A DNA stretch of 64,000 bases from Macrostomum hystrix (Eukaryota; Animalia; Platyhelminthes): the NCBI GenBank assembly GCA_950097015.1, contig CATNEN010000008.1:4030001-4094000 (forward strand), read 5' to 3'. Below are positions 57,601-64,000 of this stretch, piece after piece. The notes under the pieces were generated by a model, which was given only the letters and a program-made list of their open reading frames with translations, was not told where the DNA came from and ran no database searches. The translations under genes and the position numbers were made by a program. The stretch's first letter is position 1, and every line of letters begins with the position of its first letter.

Positions 57601-60199
57601 AAGCTACTGATCCCAAATGCTACTGATCCCAAAGCTACTGATCCCAAAGCTACTGATCCCAAAGCTACTAATCCAAATGCTACTGATCCCAAAGCTACTG
57701 ATCCCAATGCTACTAATCCCAATGCTACTGATCCCAAAGCTACTGATCCCAAAGCTACTGATCCCAAAGCTACTAATCCAAATGCTACTGATCCCAAAGC
57801 TACTGATCCCAAAGCTACTGATCCCAAAGCTACTGATCCCAAAGCTACTAATCCCAATGCTACTGATCCCAAAGCTACTAATCCAAATGCTACTGATCCC
57901 AAAGCTACTGATCCCAAAGCTACTAATCCCAATGCTACTGATCCCAATGCTACTAATCCCAATGCTACTAATCCCAATGCTACTGATCCCAATGCTACTG
58001 ATCCCAAAGCTACTGATCCCAAAGCTACTAATCCCAATGCTACTGATCCCAATGCTACTAATCCCAATGCTACTGATCCCAAAGCTACTGATCCCAAAGC
58101 TACTGATCCCAAAGCTACTGATCCCAATGCTACTGATCCCAATGCTACTGATCCCAATGCTACTGATCCCAATGCTACTAATCCCAATGCTACTGATCCC
58201 AATGCTACTGATCCCAAAGCTACTGATCCCAAAGCTACTAATCCCAATGCTACTGATCCCAATGCTACTAATCCCAATGCTACTGATCCCAAAGCTACTG
58301 ATCCCAAAGCTACTGATCCCAAAGCTACTGATCCCAAAGCTACTGATCCCAATGCTACTGATCCCAATGCTACTGATCCCAATGCTACTAATCCCAATGC
58401 TACTGATTTCAAAGCTACTGATCCCAGTGCTACTAATCCCAATGCTACTGATCCCAATGCTACTGATCCTAATGCTACAAACAACTATACTACTTGTCTC
58501 GATGCTACTAATCCTAAACCCACGATTTATCAAATCTATTTCAGAGAAGACACAGACCCAGAGGGCAGACACGACGAGCCAGTCCGTAGGGATTACTCGT
58601 TGACTATCGAGTTGATGAGCAGTTCATATTGAGCACACCCAAAAGGGCTTGCCTTCAAAAATGTAACTGATATCCCACTTTTAGCCATTCTCACCCTGTC
58701 TCAGCCCACTCTCATCCTTGATTATGCGCTCAAATCCTGCCTCAGCCACTTTTATCCCCTGCCACCACTCCCATCCTCTGTCTCAGCCACTCCCACCAAC
58801 TCTCTCAGCCACTCCCACCACCTCTCTCAGCCACTCCCACCACCTCTCTCAGCCACTCCCACCACCTCTCTCAGCCACTCCCACCACCTCTCTCAGCCAC
58901 TCCCACCACCTCTCTCAGCCACTCCCACCACCTCTCTCAGCCACTCCCACCACCTCTCTCAGCCACTCCCACCACCTCTCTCAGCCACTCCCACCACCTG
59001 TCTCAGCCACTCCCACCACCTCTCTCAGCCACTCCCACCACCTCTCTCAGCCACTCCCACCACCTCTCTCAGCCACTCCCACCACCTCTCTCAGCCACTC
59101 TCACCCCTGTCTCAACCTCTCTCATCCCCTGTCTTAGCCACTCTCGTCCCCTTTCTCAGCCACTTTCTTAGCCACTCTCACCACCTCTCTGAACCACTCT
59201 CATCCCATGGCTCACCCACACTCATCCCCTCTCTTCGCCACTCTCACCCATCTCAGCCACTCCAAAGAACGCACCTTTGAACAGCGGACTGACGCGCCAG
59301 ATGGTGAGCGGTCCCAGGCTGGCGAACTGGCCGAAGCTGAGCTCCAGGAAGAAGCAGGGCAGGCCGACTAGGGCTAGCATCAGGCAGTAGGGCAGCAGGA
59401 ATGCGCCTGTGGTTGTAAGGGGCGAAAATTTTATGTTTAATTTGGTTCCTATGAAACACTGCGGTAGTTGAAGAGGAGATGGGGAGATAGGGGAAGGGAA
59501 GTGAGGAGATGGGGAATAGGAGATGGGGAGATAGGGGAAGGGAATTGAGGAGATGGGGAAGAGAAGATGGGGAGATAGGGGAAGAGGAGATGGGGAGATA
59601 GGGGAAGGGAAGTGAGGAGATAGGGGAAGAGGAGATGGGGAGATAGGGGAAGGGAAGTGAGGAGATAGGGGAAGAGGAGATGGGGAGATAAGGGAAGGGA
59701 ATTGAGGAGATGGGGAAGAGGAGATAGGGAGATAGTGAAATGGCAATGAAGCTCTTAGGGGGATGTAGATATGGAGATAGGGTGTGGGAGATGTATTGAA
59801 ACTGAGGAGGGATGGGAGATGGGAAATGGAGTAAGATTGGGAAATTAGGAAGAGGTCAATAGTTTAGTTAGGGTCCAAGGTAAGCAGCCGGCAGAGGCAA
59901 TCAGGCTCACCTCCGCCGTTCTTGTAGCACAGGTAGGGAAACCGCCAAACATTGCCCAGTCCGACGGCGTAGCCAACGCAGGTGAGAAAGAACTCAACCT
60001 TGCCGCCCCAGGCTGCCCTGCCCTGCTGGGCGGCGTCCATCATCAGCATGCCGGCCTCGAAGCCTTCAACAGCCTGGTCCTGGTCCTGGACCTGGTTGAC
60101 TGCCAGCGCGGCGGTTGCTGCCGCGGCCGCAGGGCCGAGCTCCTTGTTGGCCACAGCGAACGGCTGGGTCTCCTCGGGATTGTAGACCTTCTCGTCGCT
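51480..60199 (-). CDS. SLC6/NSS sodium- and chloride-dependent transporter (amino-acid/GlyT-PROT-like clade); initiator not evident
   Basis: complement join(60199..59911,59406..59275,57161..56916,56399..56345,56187..55920,54435..54094,52436..51480), phases consistent. Motifs: [73 protein letters not shown]; C-terminal polyQ and PDZ-type TQV. Confidence 0.93.
52465..52752. repeat. Minisatellite, 37-nt unit GGCGGTAGATCAAAGGGAATTGGTTTCAGTGTTTAGT
   Basis: About 8 units ending about 28 nt from the last SLC6 acceptor. Confidence 0.96.
53542..53627. repeat. 2.5 copies of a 34-nt unit GAGGCGTGTGTACATTCCTTATGATGCAACAGCT
   Basis: Direct tandem copies. Confidence 0.9.
54440..55911. repeat. Minisatellite, 23-nt unit (sense strand TGTCTGCCGCTCTCTGTTATCAG)
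   Basis: About 64 units making up almost all of SLC6 intron 55919-54436. Confidence 0.99.
56620..56850. repeat. Minisatellite, 21-nt unit CTTTGTGCCTCACTAATCCCT
   Basis: About 10 units in an SLC6 intron. Confidence 0.93.
57255..58478. repeat. Minisatellite, 15-nt unit GCTACT(G/A)ATCCCAA(A/T)
   Basis: About 80 units in an SLC6 intron. Confidence 0.98.
58740..59215. repeat. Minisatellite, 22-nt unit CTCTCAGCCACTCCCACCACCT
   Basis: About 20 units in the same intron. Confidence 0.96.
59470..59830. repeat. Irregular purine-rich repeat (GGAGATGGGGAGATAGGGGAAG-like)
   Basis: In SLC6 intron 59910-59407. Confidence 0.88.
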
Positions 60200-60835
60200 C
60201 TGTGCGATGGAAATTTTTGCTATGTTAGTTTTTAGTTCTATTGCCGCCTGAATCTGTTTCTAATGCTGAGTACCTATTTTACAGCTGGGTGGGCTGGAGC
60301 ACTCTTTTTACTAAAAGTACAAGTCCAAGAAACTTTGTCATTCGCCAGCGAAATCAACATCCGGATATTGAATGTGTCTTCTGGTTTCAACAACCCACAG
60401 CATATTCCCATTCGAATGATATGTTATCTAGATATTTGGCAGTGGGCTGTTGTACATATACAGCCACTGCTCACTTAAAAGCAAACAAAATATTTTGTTG
60501 ACTGCCGAGGAATCATGGGATTAGAAGATTTTGGGGTGTTTCATTCTCTTGCACATGCTAGATAAGGATTCGTGACAGTTGGGACTATTATCCCAATATG
60601 CCTAAAGACAGATATTTTAGAGGAAGATAATACTTGTACTTTCTCGTCAAAGTGTGAAAGAAAATTTAATATACAGCCTAGTCTCAAAATCATAGGTTAG
60701 ATTCAAAATTGGTTTAAAGCCAAGATGGATTCTTATTAAAATAAAAGTACGCCGTTCAATTCCGCCAGCAAGAAAGCGCAGACAAGCAAATCCTACTTCC
60801 CCTGTATTGCACAAGAAAGCCAGTCGAGCATAATT

Positions 60836-62168
60836 CCCATCACCCACAGTGCGTCACTCCCATCACCCACAGTGTGTCACTCCCATCACCCACAGTGCGT
60901 CACTCCCATCACCCACAGTGTGTCACTCCCATCACCCACAGTGCGTCACTCCCATCACCCACAGTGCGTCACTCCCATCACCCACAGTGCGTCACTCCCA
61001 TCACCCACAGTGCGTCACTCCCATCACCCACAGTGCGTCACTCCCATCACCCACAGTGCGTCACTCCCATCACCCACAGTGCGTCACTCCGATCACCCAC
61101 AGTGCGTCACTCCCATCACCCACAGTGCGTCACTCCCATCACCCACAGTGCGTCACTCCCATCACCCACAGTGCGTCACTCCCATCACCCACAGTGCGTC
61201 ACTCCCATCACCCACAGTGCGTCACTCCCGTCACCCACAGTGCGTCACCCCCATCACCCACAGTGCGTCACTCCCGTCACCCACAGTACGTCACTCCCGT
61301 CACCCACAGTGCGTCACTCCCATCACCCACAGTGCGTCACCCCCATCACCCACAGTGCGTCACTCCCGTCACCCACAGTGCGTCACTCCCATCACCCACA
61401 GTGCGTCACTCCGATCACCCACAGTGCGTCACTCCCGTCACCCACAGTGTGTCACTCCCATCACCCACAGTGCGTCACTCCCATCACCCACAGTGCGTCA
61501 CTCCGATCACCCACAGTGCGTCACTCCCGTCACCCACAGTACGTCACTCCCGTCACCCACAGTGCGTCACCCCCATCACCCACAGTGCGTCACTCCCGTC
61601 ACCCACAGTGCGTCACTCCCATCACCCACAGTGCGTCACTCCGATCACCCACAGTGCGTCACTCCCGTCACCCACAGTGTGTCACTCCCATCACCCACAG
61701 TGCGTCACTCCCATCACCCACAGTGCGTCACTCCCATCACCCACAGTGCGTCACTCCGATCACCCACAGTGCGTCACTCCCGTCACCCACAGTGCGTCAC
61801 TCCCATCACCCACAGTGCGTCACTCCCATCACCCACAGTGCGTCACTCCCATCACCCACAGTGCGTCACTCCCGTCACCCACAGTGTGTCACTCCCATCA
61901 CCCACAGTGCGTCACTCCGATCACCCACAGTGCGTCACTCCCGTCACCCACAGTGCGTCACTCCCGTCACCCACAGTGCGTCACTCCCGTCACCCACAGT
62001 GCGTCACTCCCATCACCCACAGTGCGTCACTCCCATCACCCACAGTGCGTCACTCCCGTCACCCACAGTGCGTCACTCCCATCACCCACAGTGCGTCACT
62101 CCCATCACCCACAGTGCGTCACTCCCATCACCCACAGTGCGTCACTCCCATCACCCACAGAGCGTCAC
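60836..62168. repeat. Minisatellite, 23-nt unit TCACTCCCATCACCCACAGTGCG
   Basis: About 58 units upstream of the first SLC6 coding exon. Confidence 0.99.
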
Positions 62169-62824
62169 TTCCTTGCCCTTATATTTGTTTCCTTGGCAAT
62201 CTCCCTTCATATGCCATCCGTCTTTTAAGAAACCGCTTCACCAGGGGTAAGATAGCTAAATGGATAGCTAAACCAATAGCTGCGTAAATTTTCAATCACC
62301 GTACAATAAAGTACAAAAGGGAAGAATAGAATCGTCTGTAATCTACCCCCTTCCCTGTGGGCGGAAAGAGAAGAGTGAGGTGGACTGAAACTGGTTGGTA
62401 TAGATTGCTAAGGGATCCTATAGCTAGCTGTCTTACAAAGGACTATAAGGCAGAGCGATAATAATAGTGGGCAAAGCCACGAGGAGACGGCGTGGGATCA
62501 CGGCATGCCAGCTGTACAGTAACTGTTTGTGCTGAAGGCGTATAGGATATCATGTGATTATCTCAGAAGAGCAAATGAAGCGTATAGAATTCCTACATGG
62601 AAACTGACATAGGCTTTTTGAACTGTATGAAAGAGGCATAAAAAGGAAGCATTTTTGTTTTAACTGTTGAGATTCAGCGATCGCTTCATCGATATCATAG
62701 CGTCTTAGACTTCATACTACAATTCTAACGATTACCGATAATATGTCAAAATTATTTTTTAAGTCCTGCTTACACATAATTGTGCGACTCCTGAAGAATA
62801 ATTTGGGTACATACTAAGACCTAT

Positions 62825-63595
62825 AGCCCTGAAGATCCAGAGGATCGGCCCTGAAGAACTAGAGGACAGGTCCTGAAGAACTATACAGGATAGGTCCTAA
62901 AAAACTAGAAGGATAGGTCCTGAAGATCTAGAGGATAGGTCCTGAAGAACTAGAGAATAAATCCTGAAGAACTAGTGGATAGGTCCTGAAGAACTAGAGG
63001 ATAGGTCCTGAAGAACTAGAGGATAGGTCCTAAAGAACTAGAGGATAGGTCCTAAAGAACTAGAGGATAGGTCCTAAAGAACTAGAGGATAGGTCCTGAA
63101 GATCTAGAGGATAGGTCCTAAAGAACTAGAGGATAGGTCCTAAAGAACTAGAAACTAGAGGATCGGTCCTGAAGAACTAGAGGATAGGTTCTGAAGAACT
63201 AGAAACTAGAGGATCGGTCCTGAAGAACTAGAGAATAGGTCCTGAAGATCAAGAGGATAGGTCCTAAAGAACTAGAGAATAGGTCCTGAAGATCTAGAGG
63301 ATAGGTCCTGAAGAACTAGAGGATAGGTCCTAAAGAACTAGAGAATAGGTCCTGAAGATCTAGAGGATAGGTCCTGAAGAACTAAAGGATAGGTCCTGAA
63401 GAACTAGAGAACAAATCCTGAAGAACTAGAGGATAGCTCCCGAAGAACTAGAGGACAGGTCCTGAAGAACTAGAGGATAGGTCCTGAAGAACTAGTGGAT
63501 CGACCCTGAAGAACTAGAGAATCGACCCTGAAGAACTAGAGGATAGGTCCTGAAGAACTAGAGGATAGGTCCTGAAGAACTAGAGGATCGGCCCC
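62825..63595. repeat. Minisatellite, 22-nt unit GAAGAACTAGAGGATAGGTCCT
   Basis: About 35 units. Confidence 0.97.
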
Positions 63596-64000
63596 AAAGG
63601 CCTGAAGAACTTTACTTGAGATGAGAGCTCTTGATAATGAATAGCTGTATAGTATGCACGTACCACTATACCAGGCCTTGCTAGCCTAGAAATGGAATTC
63701 CTTACTACATACAAAGTCAGGCAGTAGATACTGACTATGTGGCTTATAGAATACAGTCGCATGTAACCATTATTGCAACAAGCTTCTGAGCTTCTGATCT
63801 AACGTCATGGCACAATTAACAATGCACTATTTATGAAGCCAACAATGCATGAACTCTGGCAAATCTTAGAGTGGATTTGAGCAGTGAAAGAGTTAAGATT
63901 CTACTATGTCTATTCTACTAGAACACATGGCGTTGAAAGGATTAGGTGATTAGCTCTACAATGCCAGGCCAACACGATGTAATTCCGGTAGAGTCGTAGA

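Noticed and set aside
57242-58632. NATDP / LLIPM / GISSI repeat ORFs resembling mucin or antifreeze proteins
   Set aside because: A 15-nt array inside an SLC6 intron, open in most frames on both strands.
60849-62287. Three overlapping ~460-aa His/Pro/Ser ORFs
   Set aside because: A 23-nt array open in all three frames; artefact.

Overview
Eukaryotic (animal) genomic DNA, not prokaryotic: GC-rich exons with CAG/GCN homopolymer tracts, AT-rich spacers and GT-AG introns. The style suggests a free-living flatworm such as Macrostomum, but this is inference only. I reconstructed four intron-containing genes by hand with consistent exon phases: a MATE/SLC47 transporter (+, 8601-25750, 12 exons, about 797 aa), a Smurf-type C2-WW-WW-HECT E3 ligase (+, 28997-33664, 5' end uncertain), a CPT1-type carnitine acyltransferase (+, 36406-43149, about 781 aa) and an SLC6 Na/Cl-dependent transporter (-, 60199-51480, start codon not evident). 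There is also one uncharacterised ORF (+, 2147-3568). About 26 kb (about 40%) of the window is roughly 30 different minisatellite arrays, each with its own unit. They occur in 19 of the 32 coding-region introns, and many units carry splice-site consensus motifs. Other elements are two tRNA-derived SINE families (one CORE-like), a TTAA-flanked MITE, a hAT-like non-autonomous element and two Helitron-like elements. The best leads are: (i) a complete heat-shock promoter (three perfect HSEs plus TATAAATAG) with no protein-coding gene behind it, possibly a heat-responsive solo LTR or lncRNA; (ii) intron-filling arrays made of splice-site decoys or recursive AG|GT motifs; (iii) an SLC6 gene whose initiator AUG may come from a trans-spliced leader; (iv) an inverted SINE pair bracketing one HECT exon. 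All long repeat-peptide ORFs in the supplied track are artefacts of the arrays. Array boundaries and copy numbers are approximate hand counts.
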